This document shows, one piece after another, positions 29,928-39,282 of a stretch of 64,000 nt of DNA (positions are counted from its first letter, which is position 1; each line of letters starts with the position of its first letter). A model generated the notes under the pieces. That model ran no database searches. It had not been told where the DNA came from and saw only the letters and a program-made list of their open reading frames with translations. The stretch is from an uncultured Fibrobacterota bacterium (GTDB lineage Bacteria; Fibrobacterota; Chitinivibrionia; Chitinivibrionales; FEN-1185), in contig CAVSQB010000027.1 in the NCBI GenBank assembly GCA_963729895.1, positions 1 to 64,000 on the forward strand. Direction: 5' to 3'. Made by a program: the position numbers and the translations under genes.

Positions 29928-30221
29928 GGTGCACCCCAAGCAAGAGCAGTTGCAAGCGTCACCCCCGCTGTGGGGGCACCTGTAAGCAGTTGACAGATTA
30001 ACAGATAATTGTTGGAAAATGGTTTATTCCGTAAACCTTTGGATTCCAACTTGTGATTAAATCTTTGTTCTCGCGTTAGGGGCGACGGAGGGTGTGCTAA
30101 AGCACATTGCCGGCCGACCCGGCCGAAAGGCATAGGGCGGTCCGGCAACGAGGCCGAACGGCCGAGCCTGAAGGAGAACCGACCCCGCGTAGCGGGGGAA
30201 TGCCCATTTCTTCCCGATATT
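29928..30221 (+). repeat. Modular non-coding element, family A, inverted copy (stem module X + module Y)
   Basis: Collinear with the reverse complement of 50346-50744. Confidence 0.75.
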
Positions 30222-30239
30222 TGGAAAGGAGAACTTATA

Positions 30240-30584
30240 ATGTCAGATTGCATCTTTTGCAAAATCGCTTCAGGCCAGATTCCATCAAGTAAAGTTTACG
30301 AAGACGAGCATGCGCTCATCTTCAAGGACATCAATCCTGTAGCGCCCACGCACCTTGTGGCGATCCCCAAGGAGCATTTCCCAACCATTCAGGATGTGCC
30401 CGAGCAGAAATCCGACGTGCTCAAAAAGATGTTTGAGGCGGTGGGAAAAATGGTGAAGCAGCAGAACCTCTCGGCAGGAGGCTACCGCCTCGTGATCAAC
30501 TCCGGCGAACACGCGGGCCAGCTCGTTCCACACCTGCATGCGCACATCCTTGCGGGCCGCGACCTCACCTGGCCGCCCGGATAG
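30240..30584 (+). CDS. hinT: Histidine triad nucleotide-binding protein
   Basis: MSDCIFCKI, DINPVAPTH, HLHAHIL and WPPG end. Confidence 0.93.
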   Translation: MSDCIFCKIASGQIPSSKVYEDEHALIFKDINPVAPTHLVAIPKEHFPTIQDVPEQKSDVLKKMFEAVGKMVKQQNLSAGGYRLVINSGEHAGQLVPHLHAHILAGRDLTWPPG

Positions 30585-30698
30585 ACCGTTTCCCGACAGC
30601 GGACTTTCTCGTAATCCTCCGCGGGCCAGCCCCCTTGCGCGAGCGCATCAGGAAAAAAGGGCATATCCCCGACGACGACGCCCTCATTCCTTGTCTTT

Positions 30699-31841
30699 TC
30701 ATTGAATCGCAAAAGCCTGCTTCGCAATCCCCATTTCGGGTACGGCGACAACATGCACGCCTGCGCCCAATCCTTGGAGGATAATTTTGTCTTCTCCCGG
30801 GCGGACCTTTGCACTCCGCGCCACGCGGCCGCGCGTGTCAAGAACCAGTACGCGCACTTCGTGAAGGGCGGGCCGGCCGAGCTGCAATCGGATGCCCCCT
30901 TTGCACACCGAGAACAGAACAGGACTCGCAGAAACCGTTGACGGCCTGACCGTCCCCGAGGAGGTCCCGGCGGGAATGAACTGGAAACTGCGGACAATGA
31001 TGTCGACCGGCAGGCCGTTGCCCGGCGCGCCGCCGCATCCGTTGCACAACCACAGGTTCATGCCGAGCGGCATGGCCCGCTGGGGAATATTGACCGACGG
31101 GTCAGGAGGAGCATAGATCCAACTCTTGAAAAGCCCGGTGCTGTCTCCCGCCGCCTCGAAGCCTTCCTGGCTTGTAAATGCAATGCCCGTGCTTGTCCAC
31201 ACGAAACACGATGTGGTATAGGTGCCGTTCAGTGAGAAATTGAACGTGGTCTCCCCCACCGTTGAGCCGGAATTCGGGTAGATCGTCCAGTTGCCGTCCG
31301 GCCAGGCGGCATTTCCCCACCGGGCATATTCAATATCGATTTCGTTGGTACCGTCCACGCCGATGCCGCCTTCCGGCCCGTAGGGGAACAGACCCAGAAC
31401 AACGTTCTTGTCCAGTTTGTCAACCTGGCCGTCTATCTGCCAGCGGTAGGCGCCAAAACCCATGTTGTCGATGGAAAACATTTCCGCGCACGTCCACGCG
31501 CTGCCCGATTTTGTGATCTTGAGGTGCAAAAAACCGTCGGTGTCCACGGCAATATTTTCGGCGGCGCCTGTATTGCCGCCCGCCATGCCGCCCGTTGTCA
31601 CGTTCCACGTGTGTCCTGCCCAGGCGATGGTAGCTGCCAGGGGAGGTACGGCGGTGACCGGCAAGGCGATAAGAAACGATGACGCGACGGCAAGCGTGCC
31701 AAACCGGGAATTCCGGCGAATTGAATTGAAGAACCTCGCAGCAAGCTGCGAGGACCGCGAATACGGCTGGATGTACACAGCAGTGAGCAGCCCGCAATCT
31801 TCCATCCCTGCAGCCTGCGATGCACTCGCCCTGGGATTCAT
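30699..31841 (-). CDS. Secreted GH16-like glycoside hydrolase with T9SS-like CTD
   Basis: NEIDIE catalytic motif, GFLHLKIT; GGAGG before the ATG at 31841; CTD VLDTRGR...AGVHVV. Confidence 0.8.
   Translation of the reverse strand: MNPRASASQAAGMEDCGLLTAVYIQPYSRSSQLAARFFNSIRRNSRFGTLAVASSFLIALPVTAVPPLAATIAWAGHTWNVTTGGMAGGNTGAAENIAVDTDGFLHLKITKSGSAWTCAEMFSIDNMGFGAYRWQIDGQVDKLDKNVVLGLFPYGPEGGIGVDGTNEIDIEYARWGNAAWPDGNWTIYPNSGSTVGETTFNFSLNGTYTTSCFVWTSTGIAFTSQEGFEAAGDSTGLFKSWIYAPPDPSVNIPQRAMPLGMNLWLCNGCGGAPGNGLPVDIIVRSFQFIPAGTSSGTVRPSTVSASPVLFSVCKGGIRLQLGRPALHEVRVLVLDTRGRVARSAKVRPGEDKIILQGLGAGVHVVAVPEMGIAKQAFAIQ
31726..31809. repeat. Structured dispersed repeat, family B copy 2 (84 bp)
   Basis: Matches 16798-16907 without the 26-bp insert. 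Confidence 0.85.
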
Positions 31842-31918
31842 TGTCCTCCCAATCCTTATTACGCGCAAACCTGTTCGATGCGGTAAATTGCATCAATCAA
31901 CCACCAAACCGCGGGCTG

Positions 31919-32467
31919 CTATGACCCGCGTTTGGCGGTCGCCGCCTGCCTCGTCTGCTGCAGAAACAGCGCCCGTATCTGCAGCAGCTCCGTGTCGTAC
32001 CGTCCGTCCTTGAAATCCGGGAACGACCATTCGAACGGCTGATATTTCCCCGCCTTGTACCGGCCCGCAAGGTCGGCATATATTCCTCTGTCAAGATAGA
32101 TCTTCTGCCCCGCCTCTTTTGCGGAGGCCAGCACCACCTTGTTGTGGTCAAGATACCCGGCGTCGCAATTGACGATTCTCCTGCCGCCGATTCTCAGCGA
32201 ATCCTCAATCGCGTTGCAAGCAAGCTTCATGTCCACCAGCAGTCCGGGACCGGCAAGCTTTTCAAACGCAAGCAGGCGGCGGAACAGGGGCGCGCCCATT
32301 TCCGGCCCGTAGTATGCGGTGACGTCGAACGGGTGGTCGGTTCCCTCAAAGTCAACAGCCCCCCATTGTCCCACGAAAAGCGGGCGCGCCCGGTTGAGGG
32401 ATTCGGCTTCCCGGAACAGGACCGCGATGAAGTACTTAACGGCCGGCGGCGGCTGTGTTGACGCCAT
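31919..32467 (-). CDS. DUF4416-like protein
   Basis: FDVTAYYGPEMG, RIVNCDAGY, IYLDRGIYA and WSFPDF; start MASTQ. Confidence 0.8.
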   Translation of the reverse strand: MASTQPPPAVKYFIAVLFREAESLNRARPLFVGQWGAVDFEGTDHPFDVTAYYGPEMGAPLFRRLLAFEKLAGPGLLVDMKLACNAIEDSLRIGGRRIVNCDAGYLDHNKVVLASAKEAGQKIYLDRGIYADLAGRYKAGKYQPFEWSFPDFKDGRYDTELLQIRALFLQQTRQAATAKRGS

Positions 32468-33311
32468 AGTTGACAATCTCCAATGCCCGGGCGACAATCG
32501 CCGGGTCCATGCCGGACGAGGAGGCGATGAATTCCATCTGTTTGTCCGGCGTGAGGACGGTCCGGACGGTGCGCTGCGCATTCCGGATTGCAAGCACGTT
32601 TCCCTGCAGGTACTGATGGCAGCCGTCCTTCACATGCGTGAGCACCGGATAGGTCATCATTTCAAACGCGAACGAGCGTTCCCATGCGTTGCCGAACGCG
32701 GCGTCGCTCACCGGCTCCACCTTGAAGGTGAGGCGCAGCTTGCGGTTACCCTTGACGCTGGTGAACAGTTCCAGGCGCGCGCCGCCGGAAACGGGCCGCA
32801 ATTCGATGCGGTTGTACCCGGTGTCGAAAAACACGGGCCGCTCCCGGGGAACCGCGATAGGCGCAAACAGGAGGAAGCCGGGATCGAGAAGCAGGATGCC
32901 GCCCCCGGGCCGGACCATGATGATCCCGCAGTGCGTGTCTGCGCCGTAATGGCGGTCCGCGAGAATGGGGTATGCCTCGATTCCGAGACTGTCGAGCACC
33001 GCCACCACGGCCGCGGTGAGGGAAAAACACGTGCCGCCGGTCCCCCATTTCAGATAATCCCCTATCACCTCGTCCGGATGCCGCATCGCCGACGCGGCGC
33101 TTACCACCGAGTCCGCCTTGAGAATCTTGGTGAGGTTCTCATACGGGACCTGTCTGAACGCATTTGCTATCTTGTCAATTAAAACGTCCTGATGAGACCG
33201 GGGGTCGATTGCGAACACGCCGAGAAACCGCGGCAGAAGGCCGCTATCGCGCACGCGAAGCCACGGCGCGTCGTGAACGCGTTTGCTTGCGGGTTGGGTA
33301 TGCACGATCAT
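32436..33311 (-). CDS. Arylamine N-acetyltransferase family protein
   Basis: VPYENL, GGTCF catalytic Cys, His and LLDPG triad elements. Confidence 0.8.
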   Translation of the reverse strand: MIVHTQPASKRVHDAPWLRVRDSGLLPRFLGVFAIDPRSHQDVLIDKIANAFRQVPYENLTKILKADSVVSAASAMRHPDEVIGDYLKWGTGGTCFSLTAAVVAVLDSLGIEAYPILADRHYGADTHCGIIMVRPGGGILLLDPGFLLFAPIAVPRERPVFFDTGYNRIELRPVSGGARLELFTSVKGNRKLRLTFKVEPVSDAAFGNAWERSFAFEMMTYPVLTHVKDGCHQYLQGNVLAIRNAQRTVRTVLTPDKQMEFIASSSGMDPAIVARALEIVNYGVNTAAAGR

Positions 33312-33486
33312 GCCATAAAAATAATACGAAATGGCAATGGCCGGCGGAAACAAACGGTGCGCACGGCCTTTGGGGGATGGATACCATCGCTTTTGTGATT
33401 GCACGGTTGGCCGCAATGGCTTTGTTGTCCGGAAAATGTATTTTGTCGTTACCCCAGAACTCCCCTCAACCGGAGATTTCGCAGCA

Positions 33487-33921
33487 ATGGCAGCGCCACT
33501 AGACAACGCAGATGAGCGATTTTTTCTCGGCCTCCCGGAGATGGACGAGCAGCACACGTACCTGTACGGCCTGTTCGACCGCCTCGAACGGTCTGATAAA
33601 GTGACAAACACACAAAGCACGGCCCTGCTTCTTGCCGAAATAGAACGTTACCTCCTTTTCCATTTCGAAAGCGAGGAGCAGCTCATGCGGCGCTACGGGT
33701 TCGCCGGCTTTGCCCAGCACCAGTCCGATCACGAAACAGCCGGGGCCAAACTAATCCGGTTTATGGACGATTTCAACAGCGGGTGTCTCAATCCGGCAGC
33801 CTTGCGTATTTTTCTGACCGGATGGCTCATGGAGCACTCGAGGATAAGCGATTCGGCTTATGCGGCATGGGTGAAGGAATGCAGGAAGAAAGTGTATGAT
33901 TCCGGTTTGCTGAGCCGGTGA
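33487..33921 (+). CDS. Bacteriohemerythrin
   Basis: GLPEMDEQH, HFESEE, HQSDH and WLMEH...D iron ligands; GGAGA RBS. Confidence 0.9.
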   Translation: MAAPLDNADERFFLGLPEMDEQHTYLYGLFDRLERSDKVTNTQSTALLLAEIERYLLFHFESEEQLMRRYGFAGFAQHQSDHETAGAKLIRFMDDFNSGCLNPAALRIFLTGWLMEHSRISDSAYAAWVKECRKKVYDSGLLSR

Positions 33922-34331
33922 AGCAATATCAAAATAATAGTATGGATTGCTAAGCGGGTGCAGCGAATATCAAGATAATATTCTTGTGTGCTGAGCGTGT
34001 GCGGCGATCCAAAGTTAATGCGATTTTGGCTTGCTGAGCCGGTGCGGCGTGGATGTACCCTCGGCAAGCCCGTACCATCGTTGCGCGCACCGAAGCGGCA
34101 CCCGGTTAATAAATGCTCAACTACTCACAGGCATAGCCATCGATTCAACTCTTCAACTTCTCAACTTATCAACACAGGGTTGCTTCATTGGCCTTTACAG
34201 CGACATTTCGTGGGTGCCCCACAGCCAAGGATTGGATTCCAACAACTGCTCCCGCTATGGGTGCACCCGGCTCAGCCATCCAAATGTATTTGATTATTTA
34301 TATTTCCTGCTCAGCCATCCAGATGAATTTG
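33904..34331. repeat. Modular non-coding element, family A (tandem-hairpin array Z + stem module X)
   Basis: GCTGAGCCGGTGCRGC-like units at 33909, 33949, 33990 and 34033; inverted GCTCAGCCATCCA at 34270 and 34309; homologous to 50234-50805. Confidence 0.85.
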
Positions 34332-34403
34332 AATTGCCTTTACATATTGTTGCGCGCATTGTTGCGCTCACCCTTGAGCCGGGGCAAAAACCCGCAACTA
34401 CAA

Positions 34404-34532
34404 AAGAACATTTCAAGATACACTTACCTTCAAAATCACTGTAACTTGTTGTTTTTAAAAGAAACGATGTAAACAAAAGGTGTACGCATAGTATTTTTAC
34501 CAAGTATGTGTCGGGTGTTTTTGCGGTATATT
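34404..34532 (+). promoter_or_regulatory. Conserved operator/promoter architecture, copy 1
   Basis: GAACA 34406, GTAACT 34441, ATGTAAACAAAAGGTGTACG 34467-34486, GGTATATT 34525. Confidence 0.7.
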
Positions 34533-34576
34533 AAATCGTGGGCACGTGCGTAGTTTACGAAGGAATTCCACTGTTT

Positions 34577-35422
34577 ATGAAATCAGTCTTTGAATATATC
34601 GACTATCGCCGGTTTCTTAAGGACTTCTACGACGACGCGAAGAAGACCAGGAAATACTTTTCGTACCGGTTCTTTGCGTTGCGCGCGGGGGTCAACGCTC
34701 CCATTCTTCTCAAGATGGTCATTGACGGTAAAAGAAACTTGAGCCCTAAGACAATCGACAAGTTCATTCAAGGCGTCGGCCTGAAAGAGAAGGAAGCGGT
34801 GTTCTTCCGCAATCTGGTCCATTTCAACCAGGCAAAATCATCGCTTGAAAAACAGGAATATTACCGGGTGCTCAAGTCCATGTCCGACCAGGTGTCCCAG
34901 CACGTCATGGACGATGATCATTTCGATTATTACGATAAATGGTATGTGAGCGCCATCCGTGAGGGGATCTGCCAGCACGATTACAACGACAACTGGGACC
35001 TGGTGGCAAAAAGCGTTCATCCGGAAATATCCCCCGACGATGCGCAGAAGACCGTGGCGTGGCTTTGTGCCCATGATCTCCTCAAAAAACAGAAGAACGG
35101 CAGATACGAGCAAACACACACGGCAATCACCACGCGTTCCGAAGTAAAGTCGATGGTCGTCAGAAATTTCAACCGTGTCATGATACGCCTTGCCGAACGG
35201 TCGCTGGATAACGTGCCGGTGCAGGAACGGTATGCGTCCGGGATTACCATCGGGTGCACGAAGGAAGCCTATGACATGGTCGTGGCGGAGATGGAAGGAT
35301 TCCGGGATCGTGTCGTCAAAATCGTCGACTCTCTTGACACAAGCGACAGCGTGTATCAGCTGAACATGCAGTTGTTTCCCTTGATGCGTTCGCCGCGGAC
35401 CAAGGACAACCGCTCATCATGA
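34577..35422 (+). CDS. TIGR02147-family protein (Fibrobacter paralogous family, putative DNA-binding)
   Basis: 281 aa; VFEYIDYRRFLKDFY, FSYRFFA, VIDGKRNL, WYVSAIRE and VYQLNMQLFPL. Confidence 0.9.
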   Translation: MKSVFEYIDYRRFLKDFYDDAKKTRKYFSYRFFALRAGVNAPILLKMVIDGKRNLSPKTIDKFIQGVGLKEKEAVFFRNLVHFNQAKSSLEKQEYYRVLKSMSDQVSQHVMDDDHFDYYDKWYVSAIREGICQHDYNDNWDLVAKSVHPEISPDDAQKTVAWLCAHDLLKKQKNGRYEQTHTAITTRSEVKSMVVRNFNRVMIRLAERSLDNVPVQERYASGITIGCTKEAYDMVVAEMEGFRDRVVKIVDSLDTSDSVYQLNMQLFPLMRSPRTKDNRSS

Positions 35423-36771
35423 AACAAATACTTCTTGCCGTTCTGGCGGCAGTCCAGTTGCTTTTTCTTGAATGCGGCACCGAACCCACCATGGCGGCTG
35501 GTTCAAGCGCAACCGGCAATGCCAAAGTTTCCGGCATCGTCGGTGACGGTCAGGGAAACCCTGCGGCAGGGGTGACTTTGTATTTGCGTACTTTTACGAT
35601 TACCCCGCGGGGCGACAGCATTATTGAGAATAGAAGCGCCAAGACAGGTGCAGGCGGGTCGTATGGATTCGACAGCGTCGCGGCAGGAAATTACGCGCTC
35701 TATTGCAACGATTCGGCCAACGCACGGTCCGCAATCCTCCAGAAAATCCTTCTTGCAGGCGACTCGGAATCCGTGATTGCCAATCTTGTCGTCAATCACG
35801 ACGCTGTTGTAAAGGGAAGAATTGTCGATTCAACCAAGTCCGATTTGCAGAACATGCGGATCGTGGTTCCGGGCATGGGAATTGTCTTCTATCCCGACAG
35901 CCAGGGAAATTACGCTTTGCCTGGTGCGCCGCGTTCGGCGTACGACATCGCCTTTATCAGCGGCTCCTGCGCCGATTTTCTCCACGTCGACCTGTCGGCC
36001 GATCCCGGCGATACTGTTTTTGTCAATGACGTGATGTTTGCAAAAACGGTTTCGGGGTCGCAGGGCGTTGAGAATTATTATCCCAGTTCGCTCACCGGTT
36101 CTTTTACCGTTGTTCCGGTCGAAGTGCAGGCCCAGGCGCTTCTGTTCGACGATTTCGAAAGCCCTCTTGTCGGCGGAATAGCGCGCAACGACATCTACAA
36201 CACGCTGCCGTCGCCGGGCGGCGCCGGAAGCGGTCAGTGGGTGGTGCGGCCCAACGCCAACGGTCACGTGATTACTCCTGCCGTTTTTCCGGATGATTTC
36301 GACAGTTGCATCATCGCCGACGGCGCATTTCACGGAAAATCCATGAGGATTTTCATCTATTTCAACCAAGGGCAACCTCCCACCGGCGGCATCGGCGTTG
36401 ACATTTGCACGCCGCGCGTGTACTACGACCTCTCCAAAATGACCGAATTCAGCTTTTATGCAAAAGGCTCGGGACGACACCGGGTGGTGTTTCACACCGA
36501 CACGGTGGAATACGGCGAGGGAGAATTCATTTACGAATTCACCCTACCGCCGGAGTGGCAGAGGATTTCGATAAAGAATACCGACCTGGCGCCGAGCCCG
36601 GGTTCCCAGACCGCGGCGCGCGGCGTCACGTGGCAGAGCGCGTCGCGCGGCGTGACCTCACTATCCTTCTTTGCGTTGACAAACGACACGTTGTATATGG
36701 ACGACATGTATATGTTCGGCATTACCGCGGCAGATATGGTTGTGACATCGCCGGGGAATCAGATGCCCTAG
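35419..36771 (+). CDS. Lipoprotein with carboxypeptidase-regulatory-like repeats and C-terminal carbohydrate-binding-like (CBM11/CIA30-type) domain
   Basis: Lipobox-like FLEC; LLFDDFE...YDLSKMTEFSFYAKGSG...WQRISI...LYMDDM; ATGA overlap with the upstream gene. Confidence 0.75.
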   Translation: MKQILLAVLAAVQLLFLECGTEPTMAAGSSATGNAKVSGIVGDGQGNPAAGVTLYLRTFTITPRGDSIIENRSAKTGAGGSYGFDSVAAGNYALYCNDSANARSAILQKILLAGDSESVIANLVVNHDAVVKGRIVDSTKSDLQNMRIVVPGMGIVFYPDSQGNYALPGAPRSAYDIAFISGSCADFLHVDLSADPGDTVFVNDVMFAKTVSGSQGVENYYPSSLTGSFTVVPVEVQAQALLFDDFESPLVGGIARNDIYNTLPSPGGAGSGQWVVRPNANGHVITPAVFPDDFDSCIIADGAFHGKSMRIFIYFNQGQPPTGGIGVDICTPRVYYDLSKMTEFSFYAKGSGRHRVVFHTDTVEYGEGEFIYEFTLPPEWQRISIKNTDLAPSPGSQTAARGVTWQSASRGVTSLSFFALTNDTLYMDDMYMFGITAADMVVTSPGNQMP

Positions 36772-36872
36772 CAGAGTTGCAAGCAATACCTGTGAAAGAG
36801 GGTGCGCTGCCAGCATGGCGACGCACCCTATTCTATTTGCGAATTTCAAATCCTGAACGGTTTGGCGGCTAT

Positions 36873-37001
36873 GTGAACATTGTGTTACAATTAATCATTG
36901 TTATTGTTCGTAACTCATTATAAATAGCCATTATTATGTAAACATAAAGTGTACGATATTCTGACATGGCCAGGGATTTTTTGGCCCCAAAGAGGTAATT
37001 T
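36873..37001 (+). promoter_or_regulatory. Conserved operator/promoter architecture, copy 2
   Basis: GTGAACA 36873, GTAACT 36910, ATGTAAACATAAAGTGTACGATATT 36936-36960, GGTAATTT 36994. Confidence 0.7.
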
Positions 37002-37053
37002 ATAGAGCGAAGGAAGATGGCCAATTACCTGTCAGCACAAGGGAGGCAAGGAA

Positions 37054-38082
37054 ATGTCTGTTTTACGTTTAGTGAATAGTTTGACGGCAGCAGTTGTCGG
37101 AATTGCGCTGGCATGGTGCGGGTCGGCCACGTGCGCCGATACGGTGCAGGTCAATGTCACATCGCTTCTTGATGCCAGGGCAGTAACAACATTTTCGAAC
37201 GGAAAGTTGTATACCTGGTCAAAAGGAATAGACGGAAATGGCGGCAGTGACGGGTATATCACCCATTCGGCTGCCGTGTTTCTCGGCCGTACCGACGTGC
37301 TTACCCTGCCCGACAGTGCTCTGTTTCCAGCCAACGCAAATCATCCTGCGATGATTTTGAATTACTCCAATTCCGACAGCACCGGATTTCAAACACACTA
37401 TCTTGGAGCTTCGTCCGGCAGCTATTCGGGAATAGACTCCGTCACTTTTTCCGTGCCGCAGGGAAACTATTCAAACGTGTACATAGCCTTGACCAGTTCG
37501 GAAGGATCCACTTCCCTTGACGTTGTCGTAACCTATACCGATGGACCGGTTACGGACAGTTTCATCTGTCCGGATTATGCACAAGCGCTCACTCCCAACT
37601 TCTTCTTCGTTGATTCCAATCTTGCCAAGTGGACCCCTCAGAATACGGTGAATGAGGCTTCCGGTCACAACATTGACGGGCTGAATCTTGCTACAAATCC
37701 GGCAAGAAATCTCACAAGCGTCAAACTTATCAAGAGAACCGCCGGAAGTTATCTCGTGTTCTGGGGCGCAACAGGAGTTGAAAGTTCAACCGTTGCTGCT
37801 CAGCCCTGCGTCCGTCCCGCTTCTACCGGCGCGCTCGGCTCCGTGCGCTGCGTAGCCAATCGCAACACCGGCATGCAGTTTGTCAATCTTCCGGCCGCGA
37901 CACAGATCACCGTGTATTCGGCAGCCGGAAAATCGGTTGCTCGTACGGTCTCGGCAAACGGCGGATCGGTTGCCTTCGACAGCGGCATTGCCAACAGCGG
38001 TGCGGTTGCGACCGGTGTTTATTTCTGCGAACTGCGTTGCGGGAATGCGGTGAGGACCATGCGCCTTGTCGATGCGAAATAA
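37054..38082 (+). CDS. Secreted protein with T9SS-like CTD
   Basis: GGAGG RBS; signal peptide; CTD VYSAAGK...TGVYFCEL. Confidence 0.75.
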   Translation: MSVLRLVNSLTAAVVGIALAWCGSATCADTVQVNVTSLLDARAVTTFSNGKLYTWSKGIDGNGGSDGYITHSAAVFLGRTDVLTLPDSALFPANANHPAMILNYSNSDSTGFQTHYLGASSGSYSGIDSVTFSVPQGNYSNVYIALTSSEGSTSLDVVVTYTDGPVTDSFICPDYAQALTPNFFFVDSNLAKWTPQNTVNEASGHNIDGLNLATNPARNLTSVKLIKRTAGSYLVFWGATGVESSTVAAQPCVRPASTGALGSVRCVANRNTGMQFVNLPAATQITVYSAAGKSVARTVSANGGSVAFDSGIANSGAVATGVYFCELRCGNAVRTMRLVDAK

Positions 38083-38162
38083 TTGTTCGGAACCGGAACA
38101 GGAACGTTCACAGCCTCGATGGAAAGCCCCTGTTCGCGTTCTAAACTCTGGAGGGGTAACGT

Positions 38163-39185
38163 ATGCATCTTTATCACAAAGCAACCATTGCTGCACTGGG
38201 AGCGGTTTTGGTATCCGGGCTGTGTTTTTCCGCGATACCGCCCAATTATTCGGCTGTGCCGTTTCGCAATGTGATTCAGCAGATTCCCGGAAGATTTTTT
38301 CCCTGGCGATATGATTCGGCCACAGCCGGAGGTATTTCCTGGTTAAATCCCGGGACTGATACGATGTCCGGCGATTATTATCAATACGACGGCCGCACGA
38401 CAGGGGGCCGCGAGGATCGAATCATGAACAGGATACTCAATCCCGCCTGGGATGTATACGGAGATTCGGCTTTCCAAAATCCGCCGGATTCCGCCGACAC
38501 CGTTGCCAATCCGGTGTCCGATACGACCCTGATCTATAAGGACATGAACGCCACAAAAGACGGGATATACATCGGCTATGTCGAGCCACGTGAATGGGTG
38601 AAATCAACGGTGAATGTCGCCACTGCAGGGCTTTACCAAATAGACCTCATGGTGACTGGGCGCACCACCACTCCTATGATTATGATCGCTGCTTTGAACG
38701 GGACGGATTCCGTCTCAACGGGCACAATCACTTTTAGGAGTACGGGGTTTTATCATTGGTACCAGGATGAGAAAAACATGGCGACTATTCGTCTGCAAAA
38801 GGGAATTCAGTTGATTCGAACCGAAATTACGGGCAATCCCCCGTTTAATATTTGGTTTTTCAGATTTACGCTTATCGACAGTTCCACAGGTGTGGCCCCA
38901 GCATCCTACGAGCGGGATGCATGGTGGGGAGAGGTCGGCGCGATCATTCTTCACAACGGGAGCATACAGTTGTCTTTTTCGGCGGCCAGCGACAATCCCG
39001 TTACGGTGACCATGTATAGCGCCACAGGAAGAGAATATGGTTCGGAAGTTCTCGCGTCTGTCCACAGCGGCATGAACACCGTCTGCTGTCGAACGCGGCC
39101 GGCACCAGGAGTGGTGTTTGTCCGCTTGAAACAAGGTGATGATGTCCTTGTTACAAAGGCGGCCGTTACCGGTGGAAAAAGGTAA
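38163..39185 (+). CDS. Secreted carbohydrate-binding (CBM6/CBM35-like) protein with T9SS-like CTD
   Basis: IGYVEPREWVKSTVNVATAGLY, STGFYHWY and FNIWFFRF; CTD MYSATGR...PGVVFVRL. Confidence 0.7.
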   Translation: MHLYHKATIAALGAVLVSGLCFSAIPPNYSAVPFRNVIQQIPGRFFPWRYDSATAGGISWLNPGTDTMSGDYYQYDGRTTGGREDRIMNRILNPAWDVYGDSAFQNPPDSADTVANPVSDTTLIYKDMNATKDGIYIGYVEPREWVKSTVNVATAGLYQIDLMVTGRTTTPMIMIAALNGTDSVSTGTITFRSTGFYHWYQDEKNMATIRLQKGIQLIRTEITGNPPFNIWFFRFTLIDSSTGVAPASYERDAWWGEVGAIILHNGSIQLSFSAASDNPVTVTMYSATGREYGSEVLASVHSGMNTVCCRTRPAPGVVFVRLKQGDDVLVTKAAVTGGKR

Positions 39186-39282
39186 TCCTTATTGTGTGAG
39201 GTGGCATGGCGCGTCACGCGGTGTTACTTCTATAACGTTCTTCGATGTGCGATTTTCCCATCATGGAAGGCTTACCTGAAAA

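Noticed and set aside
28438..30060. tmRNA or 6S RNA next to smpB
   Set aside because: After removing the IS I see no tRNA-like ends, tag reading frame or convincing 6S central bubble
33909..34048. CRISPR array interpretation of the ~40-bp periodic repeats (also 50234-50328)
   Set aside because: Repeats are only ~16-20 bp and degenerate, spacers resemble each other and are self-complementary, and no cas genes are present
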